Of a DNA stretch of 64,000 nucleotides, positions 49,145 to 57,611 are shown piece after piece. A program made the translations under genes and the position numbers. The DNA is taken from the IMG/VR virus record IMGVR_UViG_3300032236_000747, positions 186,001 to 250,000 of that record. One strand, 5' to 3'. The notes beneath the pieces are model-generated. The model saw only the letters and a program-made list of their open reading frames with translations, searched no databases and had not been told where the DNA came from. The first letter of the stretch is position 1. The number at the start of each line of letters is the position of its first letter.

Positions 49145-50594
49145 AGTTATAATAAAAGATGAAGTAAACGTTAAGATAGAAAATTTAGATCTTGACACAC
49201 GAAAGGCATTGGTTAAGAAATTTAAGTACGAAGACCCAACAGCACGCTATCGTCCGGCCTATAAATTGGGTCGATGGGACGGATCTATCCCATTTTTTGG
49301 TCTAGGAGGAACTACCTATCTTTCATTGATTGAGCGAGTCCTTGAAGAATTAGAAAATAGACATTATTACATTGAGATCGAAGATCTGCGAGTTAGCCCG
49401 GTCCTGGAATTTCCTGAAATTTCTGAGGATTTTTGGGGTGATGCAACGTGGCCAGAAGGGCATCGTTTCGCCGGCGAAAAGATTAGACTGCGTGATGACC
49501 AAGTTGAAGTAGTTAACATCTTTTTACGTAATCCACAAAGCATACAAGAGATTGCTACTGGTTTTGGCAAGACCATTACCACCGCAACTTTGGCGAAAAT
49601 TTGTGAAAAATACGGTCGTACAGTAACCATTGTTCCTAACAAAAGTTTAGTTGAACAAACTGAGGAAGATTTTGTTAACGTAGGTTTAGACGTAGGTGTT
49701 TATTATGGAGATAGGAAACAACTCAACAAAACACACACAATCTGTACTTGGCAAAGTCTCAATATTTTAGACAAAAATAGCAAAAATGCCTCAGAAAATG
49801 AGGAAATTTTAACCCTGGCAGAATTGCTTGATGGAGTTAAATGTGTAATGGTTGACGAAGTACACATGGCTAAGGCAGAAGTTCTAAAAAAGCTAATGAC
49901 ACACAACTTAGCCAATACTCCTATTCGCTGGGGATTAACAGGAACCATTCCAAAACAGGATTTTGAGGTGGAAACTATTAAAGCAAGCATTGGAGATATT
50001 GTAAATCATGTCAAGGCTCACACATTACAAGAAGCAGGTGTATTAAGTCAATGTCACGTTAATATTGTTCAAACAGCCGAGTGGAAAGAGTTTGGCAGCT
50101 ATCCTGAAGAGTTAAAATATATCGTCACAGATGAGAAAAGAATGAAGTATGTTAGCAACCTTATCGACGAAATATCTAAAACAGGTAATACACTAGTATT
50201 GGTTGACAGAATAGAGACAGGGCGTATAATAACAAGTAATATAGAGGATAGTGTTTTTGTTTCAGGTGAAGTAAAGACAACGAAACGCAAAGAAGAATAT
50301 GACGAAATTAAAACATCTGATAACAAGATTATTGTGGCGACTTACGGTGTGGCCGCTGTGGGTATTAATATTCCAAGGATTTTTAATTTGGTTCTTCTTG
50401 AACCCGGAAAGAGCTTTGTACGAGTTATACAAAGTATTGGGCGAGGTATTAGAAAGGCAGATGACAAAGACTTTGTCCAAATCTGGGACATAACTGCTGG
50501 TACAAAATATGCCAAGAGACACCTCACTGATAGAAAGAAATTTTATCGAGAAGCACACTATCCTTTTACGATAGAAAAGACAAAATACATATAA
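49131..50594 (+). CDS. uvsW: SF2 DNA helicase UvsW-like
   Basis: LRDDQ, ATGFGKT, DEVH, GLTGT, AVGINIP and QSIGRGIR. Confidence 0.92.
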   Translation: MATCKVIIKDEVNVKIENLDLDTRKALVKKFKYEDPTARYRPAYKLGRWDGSIPFFGLGGTTYLSLIERVLEELENRHYYIEIEDLRVSPVLEFPEISEDFWGDATWPEGHRFAGEKIRLRDDQVEVVNIFLRNPQSIQEIATGFGKTITTATLAKICEKYGRTVTIVPNKSLVEQTEEDFVNVGLDVGVYYGDRKQLNKTHTICTWQSLNILDKNSKNASENEEILTLAELLDGVKCVMVDEVHMAKAEVLKKLMTHNLANTPIRWGLTGTIPKQDFEVETIKASIGDIVNHVKAHTLQEAGVLSQCHVNIVQTAEWKEFGSYPEELKYIVTDEKRMKYVSNLIDEISKTGNTLVLVDRIETGRIITSNIEDSVFVSGEVKTTKRKEEYDEIKTSDNKIIVATYGVAAVGINIPRIFNLVLLEPGKSFVRVIQSIGRGIRKADDKDFVQIWDITAGTKYAKRHLTDRKKFYREAHYPFTIEKTKYI

Positions 50595-51097
50595 TGCAAA
50601 TATTAACACTAGACAACAAAACATTTTATCTCAACGATTTACCAGAAGAGATTGAAGACGATATGAGATTCGCTGTACTTGATAACAGCGACTCTAGCAA
50701 CCCTGATTACTTTTATATACCACTGATTTTTCTGGAGAGTTTTACTGGTCCAGCAGTAGTATTGAGAATAGGGAAACATGAACTTACTATGCCACTTGAT
50801 TGGTGTACTATTGTAGGAGACCCAGAAGGTCCTGACATGGAAGTGCTACCCATTACAAGTTTAAATGACCGAGGATTTAAAACATTTTGTTTCAATCCAC
50901 TGAGCAGTTTTAGGCCAGAATTTCATGAAATTGATATCATAAATGTTTACCAAGATGTTAAATGGTACTTTCCTAAAATGCGTCAAGGTCAACTGTTATG
51001 CACTCCCTTAGAGCCGGGAGAGAATCCTTTGTGTGCTTATTTTGTTAAAGAAGTTAGTAGACAAAGTGAGTTAGTAGATTATACTAAATGTTGGTAA
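50594..51097 (+). CDS. Conserved hypothetical protein
   Basis: 167-aa ORF coupled to uvsW by a TAATG overlap. Confidence 0.7.
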   Translation: MQILTLDNKTFYLNDLPEEIEDDMRFAVLDNSDSSNPDYFYIPLIFLESFTGPAVVLRIGKHELTMPLDWCTIVGDPEGPDMEVLPITSLNDRGFKTFCFNPLSSFRPEFHEIDIINVYQDVKWYFPKMRQGQLLCTPLEPGENPLCAYFVKEVSRQSELVDYTKCW

Positions 51098-51109
51098 AAT
51101 AAGGAAAAT

Positions 51110-52210
51110 ATGAGTTATTTGTTTACAAGCGAAAGTGTGTCAGAAGGACACCCAGATAAAGTTGCTGATGCGATCAGTGACGCCATTCTAGACCTAGTAA
51201 TGGCACAAGAAAATCCTGCACTACGTTGTGCATGTGAAACATTAGTTACTACCAATCAAGTAGTAGTTGCTGGCGAATACAAAGGCATCTTACATAATGA
51301 AGATGTTGAATCAGCTATTCGCAAAACAATCAAAAATATTGGATATGAACAAGATGGATTTAACTGGGAAACAGTTAACATCACAAATCTATTACACGGA
51401 CAAAGCGCAGATATTGCCTTGGGTACAGATACATTTGGTGCAGGTGACCAGGGACTAATGTTTGGATATGCCTGTGATGAAACTGACAGTCTTATGCCTA
51501 GTGCGATTTACTGGAGCCATAAGATTGTTGAAAAGTTAACCGTTGAACGTAAGGCAGGTAGATTACCTTGGTTAGGCCCAGACGCAAAGAGCCAAGTTAC
51601 ATTTGAATATGATGATGTTGGTCGTCCATCTCGCATTGCTAAAGTTGTTTGTTCTACACAGCACAGCGAAGACATGCCTATTGAAGTAGTACGTGCGGCA
51701 GTTGAAGAAGTTATTCGCGGTGTGTTACCCATGGAGTATATTGATGATAGAACTAGTTTCCATATTAATCCTACCGGTCGCTTTGTTATTGGAGGGCCTG
51801 ATGGAGATACTGGACTCACCGGAAGAAAAATTATCGTTGATACTTACGGTGGTTATAGTCCTCATGGCGGAGGTGCCTTTAGCGGAAAAGATCCTACTAA
51901 AGTTGATAGAAGTGCTGCTTACATGATGCGTTGGATTGCTAAGAATATCGTAGACAGTGGAAGAGCACGTTGGGCAACTTGTCAGATTAGTTATGCTATC
52001 GGTCTAGCTGAACCTATGAGCTTTTATATTGAAACCTACGACCCTGTTGTGTCACGTAACCTAGTTAGTTGGATTCAAGACAACATTGACCTAACTCCCA
52101 AAGGTATCATTGAACGCTTTGATCTATTCCGTCCGATCTACAGTTCAACTACAAATTACGGTCATTTTGGTAAAAAAGATTTACCATGGGAAGAAACTAA
52201 TCTATTCTAA
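51110..52210 (+). CDS. metK: S-adenosylmethionine synthetase
   Basis: FTSESVSEGHPDK, GAGDQG, PDAKSQVT, INPTGRFVIGGP.GD.GLTGRKIIVDTYGG, GGGAFSGKDPTKVDRS and YGHFG. Confidence 0.98.
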   Translation: MSYLFTSESVSEGHPDKVADAISDAILDLVMAQENPALRCACETLVTTNQVVVAGEYKGILHNEDVESAIRKTIKNIGYEQDGFNWETVNITNLLHGQSADIALGTDTFGAGDQGLMFGYACDETDSLMPSAIYWSHKIVEKLTVERKAGRLPWLGPDAKSQVTFEYDDVGRPSRIAKVVCSTQHSEDMPIEVVRAAVEEVIRGVLPMEYIDDRTSFHINPTGRFVIGGPDGDTGLTGRKIIVDTYGGYSPHGGGAFSGKDPTKVDRSAAYMMRWIAKNIVDSGRARWATCQISYAIGLAEPMSFYIETYDPVVSRNLVSWIQDNIDLTPKGIIERFDLFRPIYSSTTNYGHFGKKDLPWEETNLF

Positions 52211-52477
52211 ATGCTGGTAGTCAACTCCATTGAAATGGTAATATTCCATTACAAAAACGGAAAACACGGTGCCTGGGCTAAACAAAAAGATGGCCCAGGT
52301 GTAGTGTATGGAAACTACAACAGAACTGAATGGAACCCTTGCGAAAATATTCTAGATCCGTTACAATATACAGAAGCTCTCGAACTATCAGAATCGGTAC
52401 CTGCTTTGAAAAAAGCACTAGAGCAAGTAGCACTTTTATATAAACTTAGTAACGACAATGGCAACCGCAAAACTTGA
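52211..52477 (+). CDS. Hypothetical protein
   Basis: 88-aa ORF filling the gap between metK and the next gene. Confidence 0.55.
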   Translation: MLVVNSIEMVIFHYKNGKHGAWAKQKDGPGVVYGNYNRTEWNPCENILDPLQYTEALELSESVPALKKALEQVALLYKLSNDNGNRKT

Positions 52478-52922
52478 TATTAAACGTGAACTGGCTGCAG
52501 TAGACCTCAAAAACTATGAGTTTTATCAAAAGTTAGATCCAGACGAGCAAAAAGCGTTTAGTCCTTATATATTGATGCGTTACGTATCCAATGTACAAGG
52601 CGATGCCGATACACAAGAATGGTTTTTAGAAATGACCAATGAAATGGTTAATAAAAATCATTGGAATCTCAGCAAGGATCACAAAGGCCTTTTGTGGAAA
52701 CTGTTTGCTAGTGTAGGCACCGGTGCTACTGCGTTTCATCCATATCTAGCAGCAGGCAAGAAAGAAAAAGCAGTTAAGATTGAAAAACTTTTAGCCGAGC
52801 TTTATCCAGCACGCAAAATGGATGAGATTAAACTCCTAGCAAGTTTAATGGACAAGAACGACAAAGATGAGTTGTTTGATAAAATGGGGTTTGATAAAAA
52901 ACAACGCAAGGAATACGAATGA
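52458..52922 (+). CDS. Putative clamp-loader small subunit (T4 gp62-like)
   Basis: KAFSPYILMRYVS...TNEMVN resembles the gp62 'Y.P...NR.LS...ANEMN' pattern; replication context. Confidence 0.5.
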   Translation: MATAKLDIKRELAAVDLKNYEFYQKLDPDEQKAFSPYILMRYVSNVQGDADTQEWFLEMTNEMVNKNHWNLSKDHKGLLWKLFASVGTGATAFHPYLAAGKKEKAVKIEKLLAELYPARKMDEIKLLASLMDKNDKDELFDKMGFDKKQRKEYE

Positions 52923-53401
52923 CTGAAACAATTTTTTACGTAAAGAAAGGCCGTCGCTATGTTCCCGCCAGCACCTACTCTACTGAGTTCTGTGACAGTT
53001 TCCCTAAAGGTACTCATCTTGTGCAAAGTTATCCTGGTGGTAGCAGCCGTAGGTACAATATTGATCCTGCGTATGCTCCCATGATTGCCGCAGGGCGTGT
53101 TGCTGAAGATGTTATTAGCAAACGTATTATGGATGCTACAGAGATTCGCCGCAACTCACGTAGTAGAGAAACACCACTTACGCCCGAACAAAAAGCAGCT
53201 TGGGACCATCTTGTAGAAGTTTTTGGACCCGATGCTAAACAACTAGAATGGCCCAGCGCTCGTGAGTGTGCAGAAGCGGCTGTTGAAGCAATGACCAAGG
53301 AAGCAGAGAAACTTTTAGCCAATCCTGCGGTTCGTAAGGCCTATGATCATTTTCTATGTGTTGCTGCACTAACAAAAGAAAATGTTAAGGACACTGTATG
53401 A
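52919..53401 (+). CDS. Hypothetical protein
   Basis: 160 aa, ATGA-coupled on both sides. Confidence 0.7.
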   Translation: MTETIFYVKKGRRYVPASTYSTEFCDSFPKGTHLVQSYPGGSSRRYNIDPAYAPMIAAGRVAEDVISKRIMDATEIRRNSRSRETPLTPEQKAAWDHLVEVFGPDAKQLEWPSARECAEAAVEAMTKEAEKLLANPAVRKAYDHFLCVAALTKENVKDTV

Positions 53402-53628
53402 AAGACATGAAAGGATTTGCATTTAATGTAGGCTGCAAAGTTGCTCGCGCTGTACTATGGTCGAGTCAAAGTCCTCGCATTGAAATCTGTGAAGTGACTG
53501 CTATCAAAGACGGAAAGATCTACTTAGACGATAGTAAACAAGCATTAAAATTTCCGGAACGCCTTTTAATCATTGAACAAGACCCATTGTACAGAATGGT
53601 TAAAAACTATAAGAAAGATGAAGAATGA
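53398..53628 (+). CDS. Hypothetical protein
   Basis: 76 aa, ATGA-coupled. Confidence 0.65.
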   Translation: MKDMKGFAFNVGCKVARAVLWSSQSPRIEICEVTAIKDGKIYLDDSKQALKFPERLLIIEQDPLYRMVKNYKKDEE

Positions 53629-53810
53629 AAGAGTTATCTCGCTTTACAAAAGATGATAAAACTGCTATCGTTAAAGGTGATGGCGGTAGTTATGTTGTTG
53701 AGTTATTTGTTAATAATCAACTAGTTGAAACAAAGGTCTTTGCCGAACATACTCTACGTATTGTTGAAAACAACGCCAAGACTTGGATTGAGAATGATAG
53801 CATTGGTTGA
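53625..53810 (+). CDS. Hypothetical protein
   Basis: 61 aa, ATGA-coupled. Confidence 0.6.
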   Translation: MKELSRFTKDDKTAIVKGDGGSYVVELFVNNQLVETKVFAEHTLRIVENNAKTWIENDSIG

Positions 53811-54489
53811 TCAACCTTTTACCTGTGTTCACTGTAGCAAGAGTTTTATGCAAGAGAAAACTCTCTATGCCCACATGTGTGAAAACAAACGCAGAGCCAT
53901 GCAGAAAGACGAGAAGCGTGTTCAGGCAGGCCTTCTAGTCTTTAATAGATTTTTTAGACTTACACAAAACGCCAAGAAAGACAAGACCTATGAGGACTTC
54001 ACTAAGAGTCCTTACTACAATGCGTTTGTTAAGTTTGGATCATTCATTTGTAATGTCAATCCTTTGTACCCTGACAAGTTTATTGACTATGTTATTAAGA
54101 GTGGCGTTAAGTTAGATCATTGGGCCAGTGATTCATTGTATGACAAATATCTCTATGACATCATCAAAACTGAACCAGTTGAATCAGCAGTTCAACGAAC
54201 TGTTAATCACATGATGGATTGGGGTGATACCAGCGGAGCACAGTTTAATCATTACTTTAACTATGTTAATATAAACAGATCTGTACAAGACATACGCAAT
54301 GGAAAAATAACTCCTTGGATATTGTTGAATACCAAAACAGGCAAGGAACTTTTATCAAAGTACAGCGACGAACAGTTAGAACTTATTGCTCCTGCCCTAG
54401 ACATTCCATATTGGTCGAGAAAGTTTAAACAGGTACCGGCGGATGTTGCGTTGGTGAAAGAAATATGCAAAGAGGCAGGCATAGAATGA
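53794..54489 (+). CDS. Protein with an N-terminal C2H2/C2HC-type zinc finger
   Basis: ATG at 53794; FTCVHCSKSFMQEKTLYAHMC. Confidence 0.7.
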   Translation: MIALVDQPFTCVHCSKSFMQEKTLYAHMCENKRRAMQKDEKRVQAGLLVFNRFFRLTQNAKKDKTYEDFTKSPYYNAFVKFGSFICNVNPLYPDKFIDYVIKSGVKLDHWASDSLYDKYLYDIIKTEPVESAVQRTVNHMMDWGDTSGAQFNHYFNYVNINRSVQDIRNGKITPWILLNTKTGKELLSKYSDEQLELIAPALDIPYWSRKFKQVPADVALVKEICKEAGIE

Positions 54490-54797
54490 ATCAAGATGTG
54501 TTATTGAAAAAGTTATGTCAGGAATTTGGCGGAACTGCAACTGTTAGTGAACAAAGATTTGTAAGGATCCACCCGCCGGGCTCCTGGGATTTTATGAGCA
54601 CCATTGCAGATTATAAATCCACAATAATAGAAGGTGTTGCTATACATATTCCGAAAGATAGGCTCGACGATTTTTTAAGTGTGTTTGATGAACAGAAGTA
54701 TTTAGAAATGCAAATAAGGGAAAACATACCTGCTGTAAAAATAGCCTACGAACGCTATCGAATGTTGTTAAAAATGTGTGGGAGCGACTATGCCTGA
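54486..54797 (+). CDS. Hypothetical protein
   Basis: ATGA overlap at 54486; ends with PAVKIAYERYRMLLKM. Confidence 0.65.
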   Translation: MNQDVLLKKLCQEFGGTATVSEQRFVRIHPPGSWDFMSTIADYKSTIIEGVAIHIPKDRLDDFLSVFDEQKYLEMQIRENIPAVKIAYERYRMLLKMCGSDYA

Positions 54798-55368
54798 TGT
54801 TGATATCGACTTCTTAAATAGGTTAGATGTACTTGATATAGTCAAGCATGTTCCCGCAAGACTTGAAGACGGTAAAAAACATAACACAGGCGTTTATTGT
54901 CAATCCATTCCAGTAAATCCCCTAACCGGACTTGCTAATATAAACTACACAGAAGCAGAAGCTAGGGGATATTTTAAGATTGACTTTTTGAATGTAAGTG
55001 CCTATTCAGGCATCAGAAATGAAGATCACATCAAAGAGTTACTAGCAGTTGAACCTCTATGGGATCTGTTATATGAGAAAGATATTTGTGATCAACTATT
55101 TCATATCAACGGTTATCATACATTATTAGCAACGCTAAAGCCTACTAGTATATTAGACCTAGCCACTGTGCTAGCGTTGATTAGACCGGGTAAAAAGCAC
55201 TTAGTTGACCAGTGCGTAAAGGAAGGATTTGGTAGTATACAGAAGGAAGTATGGACCAAGACTGACGAAGGATATAGTTTTAAAAAGAGTCATGCTGTAG
55301 GCTATGCCCACGTTATTGTTATGCAGTTAAATTTAATCTGCGAAAATATCAGCCTCGGGTTTTCTTAG
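54790..55368 (+). CDS. Minimal DNA polymerase III alpha (DnaE)-like catalytic core, 192 aa
   Basis: GGAG RBS. MPDVDIDF, KHNTGVY, GYFKIDFLNV, LALIRPG and GYSFKKSHAVGYA match DnaE motifs in the correct order. Confidence 0.85.
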   Translation: MPDVDIDFLNRLDVLDIVKHVPARLEDGKKHNTGVYCQSIPVNPLTGLANINYTEAEARGYFKIDFLNVSAYSGIRNEDHIKELLAVEPLWDLLYEKDICDQLFHINGYHTLLATLKPTSILDLATVLALIRPGKKHLVDQCVKEGFGSIQKEVWTKTDEGYSFKKSHAVGYAHVIVMQLNLICENISLGFS

Positions 55369-55732
55369 GATTTTTGACTAGTTGTATTGAACGTCTTTTG
55401 ATTCGTTTTTCTGCTATGTCCCCTAGATTTACAGTGGGTCCGAAAACGATTTCTATGTCTTTGCTATTAAATGTTTTGATATAGGGCCGGTAATAGATCA
55501 TTGTATCTTTTAGGAAAATATTAATAGGTATGCGTCTATTTGACTCCCACCACCAAGTTTCTCCTAGTTCTAAAAATACCTTTTTCTCATCGTCCGATTT
55601 CATGCATTCCAGATCATAGATACTGGTAACATAATCGTCGTAGTTGATAACAATTCCTACATATTCCACGTCGTTTGACTTGACGCAGGTAATAAATGGA
55701 AACTTTTCCTGAAACGTGTTCTTGATTGTCAT
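55349..55732 (-). CDS. Conserved hypothetical protein
   Basis: 127 aa containing WWWESNRRIPINIFL; minus-strand TATAAATA at 55770-77. Confidence 0.7.
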   Translation of the reverse strand: MTIKNTFQEKFPFITCVKSNDVEYVGIVINYDDYVTSIYDLECMKSDDEKKVFLELGETWWWESNRRIPINIFLKDTMIYYRPYIKTFNSKDIEIVFGPTVNLGDIAEKRIKRRSIQLVKNPKKTRG

Positions 55733-55751
55733 GAGTTAAAATAAATACATA

Positions 55752-56609
55752 ATGCTAAAATGCCCAGTCTATTTATATCCCAATTCGTTTGACGTAATAT
55801 TGGATTTGGACCAAAACAACAGGATTTATAATATCATGTACCAACGCGAGCTACAGATCCAGAAAGGTCTGAAAAACAAAATACAGTTCCAATTCAAGAA
55901 CAGCGATCAAAAGTTAGTTAGTATCAACGCAGGTGTTTACACCTTTAAAATGTTTGATGCCATTAACCAACGCCAACTAGTATCTAAGCCATTAACGGTA
56001 TTAGATGACGGTGCTACTACTTCTACTAGAGGGCTTGCTGTGCTAGAAATACTAGACGGGGATACCATAAACCTAGACAACGGGAAGTATCAGTTTACTA
56101 TCAGCGCACTTGATGCCGATGGTAGTTACGAACCAACCTATGCCAACACCTACTACGGTATGGCAGGTACCCTTGAACTTCGCAGCGACAGTTTCCCAAC
56201 TCTTCAACCTAGCTATGAAGTATTTGAGTTCCAACCTCAATACGATTATACCCAAAGTGCCTATGTGTACTACAGTGGCAATATCCCTAGTCACCCAGAG
56301 TTCAGCGGCGACAATGCTCTACACACAGTATCATATCATCTAAGCCTGTTCCGTGGTCAAGTTTGGGTCGAAGGAACCTTGGACAATAGTCCAGGATACT
56401 TTGGTAGCTTCTCAGAAATCCAAGGCACACGTAAAACCTATGGACAAGGTTTGATGGGTGTCAGTGGCAATGACTACGTAAACTTCCAAGGCGTGTGGAG
56501 TTACATCCGAATCAAGTATCAACCAACTAAAGATCCGTTTACACACAACAACGATTCTTCGGCTATCCCGTATCGCGGAAAATTTGACAAAGCTATATAT
56601 AGAAGTTAA
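55752..56609 (+). CDS. Hypothetical late protein (beta-sandwich, baseplate-like)
   Basis: TAAATA at 55742; beta-strand-rich, containing IQFQFKNSDQK. Confidence 0.6.
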   Translation: MLKCPVYLYPNSFDVILDLDQNNRIYNIMYQRELQIQKGLKNKIQFQFKNSDQKLVSINAGVYTFKMFDAINQRQLVSKPLTVLDDGATTSTRGLAVLEILDGDTINLDNGKYQFTISALDADGSYEPTYANTYYGMAGTLELRSDSFPTLQPSYEVFEFQPQYDYTQSAYVYYSGNIPSHPEFSGDNALHTVSYHLSLFRGQVWVEGTLDNSPGYFGSFSEIQGTRKTYGQGLMGVSGNDYVNFQGVWSYIRIKYQPTKDPFTHNNDSSAIPYRGKFDKAIYRS

Positions 56610-56612
56610 ACT
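56584..56612 (+). promoter_or_regulatory. sigma70-type promoter of the primase-helicase genes
   Basis: TTGACA-17-TAAACT; the ATG at 56619 begins 7 nt downstream. Confidence 0.65.
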
Positions 56613-56618
56613 ATAAGC

Positions 56619-57611
56619 ATGAGTTTCATGCTGAACGCTTTGCTAGCGGTCTTACCTCCAAATAGAAAACAAACACCCAGTGGATGGATGAGTTTTGATG
56701 CACCTTGTTGTCATCACAGGGGAGAAACTCGTGATGACCGCAAACGTGGCGGAGTAATGATATCCGGTGACGCTTTTAGCTATCATTGCTTTAACTGTAA
56801 CTTCAAAGCAGGATGGAGTCCGGGTAAAACTCTAAGCACCAACACACGCAAGTTGTTCAGTTGGTTGGGTGTATCAGACACAGAAATAGCCAGACTGGCC
56901 ATGGATGCACTGCGTGCGCATGAGTCGTTGCCTGTTAAGAAAAGAGAATACAGTTTTGAACTCAAAGAAGTTGAGCTTCCAGAAAACTGTCTACCCATAT
57001 TAGATCCTAGTCTAGTTGACAGGGCCGATACTAGATGGTTAGATGCTGTTATGTATCTAGCTGATCGCAAAATAGATCTTGATTGGTATCCATTTATGTG
57101 GGCAGATGCCGATGGTTATAGAGATCGTGTTATCATACCCTTTTACCAAGATAACAAGATAGTCGGTTATACAGCACGTAAAATCAAAGAAGGCAAGCCC
57201 AAATACCTAGCACACAATCAGCCTGGGTATGTGTTTAACCTAACTGGTCAACCTCGTGAAAGAAAGTATGTTATAGTAGTTGAAGGACAGTTTGATGCCA
57301 TATCTATAGACGGTGTGTGCGTAGGTCACAATGATCCCAACGAAACGCAAACATCGAGAATAAACGCACTGGCCCGTGAAGTTATAGTTGTACCAGATAG
57401 AGACAAAGCAGGCGCACAACTTCTTAACTCTGCGCTTGCCAATGGCTGGAGTGTGAGCTTACCACCCTGGGGCGATGACATAAAAGATGTAGCAGACGCA
57501 GTTAAGAGATATGGTAGATTATACACGCTAGCCGCGATATTAGAATACAGAACCGCTAATCAGCTAAAAATACAAGTAATGCAAAAGAAACTACAAGGAC
57601 TACATAAATGA
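56619..57611 (+). CDS. DNA primase (Zn-binding + TOPRIM; T4 gp61-like)
   Basis: APCCHH...YHCFNC, RVIIPF, GYTAR, PKY, VVEGQFDA and PDRDKAG. Confidence 0.9.
   Translation: MSFMLNALLAVLPPNRKQTPSGWMSFDAPCCHHRGETRDDRKRGGVMISGDAFSYHCFNCNFKAGWSPGKTLSTNTRKLFSWLGVSDTEIARLAMDALRAHESLPVKKREYSFELKEVELPENCLPILDPSLVDRADTRWLDAVMYLADRKIDLDWYPFMWADADGYRDRVIIPFYQDNKIVGYTARKIKEGKPKYLAHNQPGYVFNLTGQPRERKYVIVVEGQFDAISIDGVCVGHNDPNETQTSRINALAREVIVVPDRDKAGAQLLNSALANGWSVSLPPWGDDIKDVADAVKRYGRLYTLAAILEYRTANQLKIQVMQKKLQGLHK

Noticed and set aside
54790-55368. dnaE pseudogene or split-intein fragment
   Set aside because: Motifs from distant parts of DnaE are joined in one intact frame with the catalytic Asp residues retained, and there are no intein terminal motifs.
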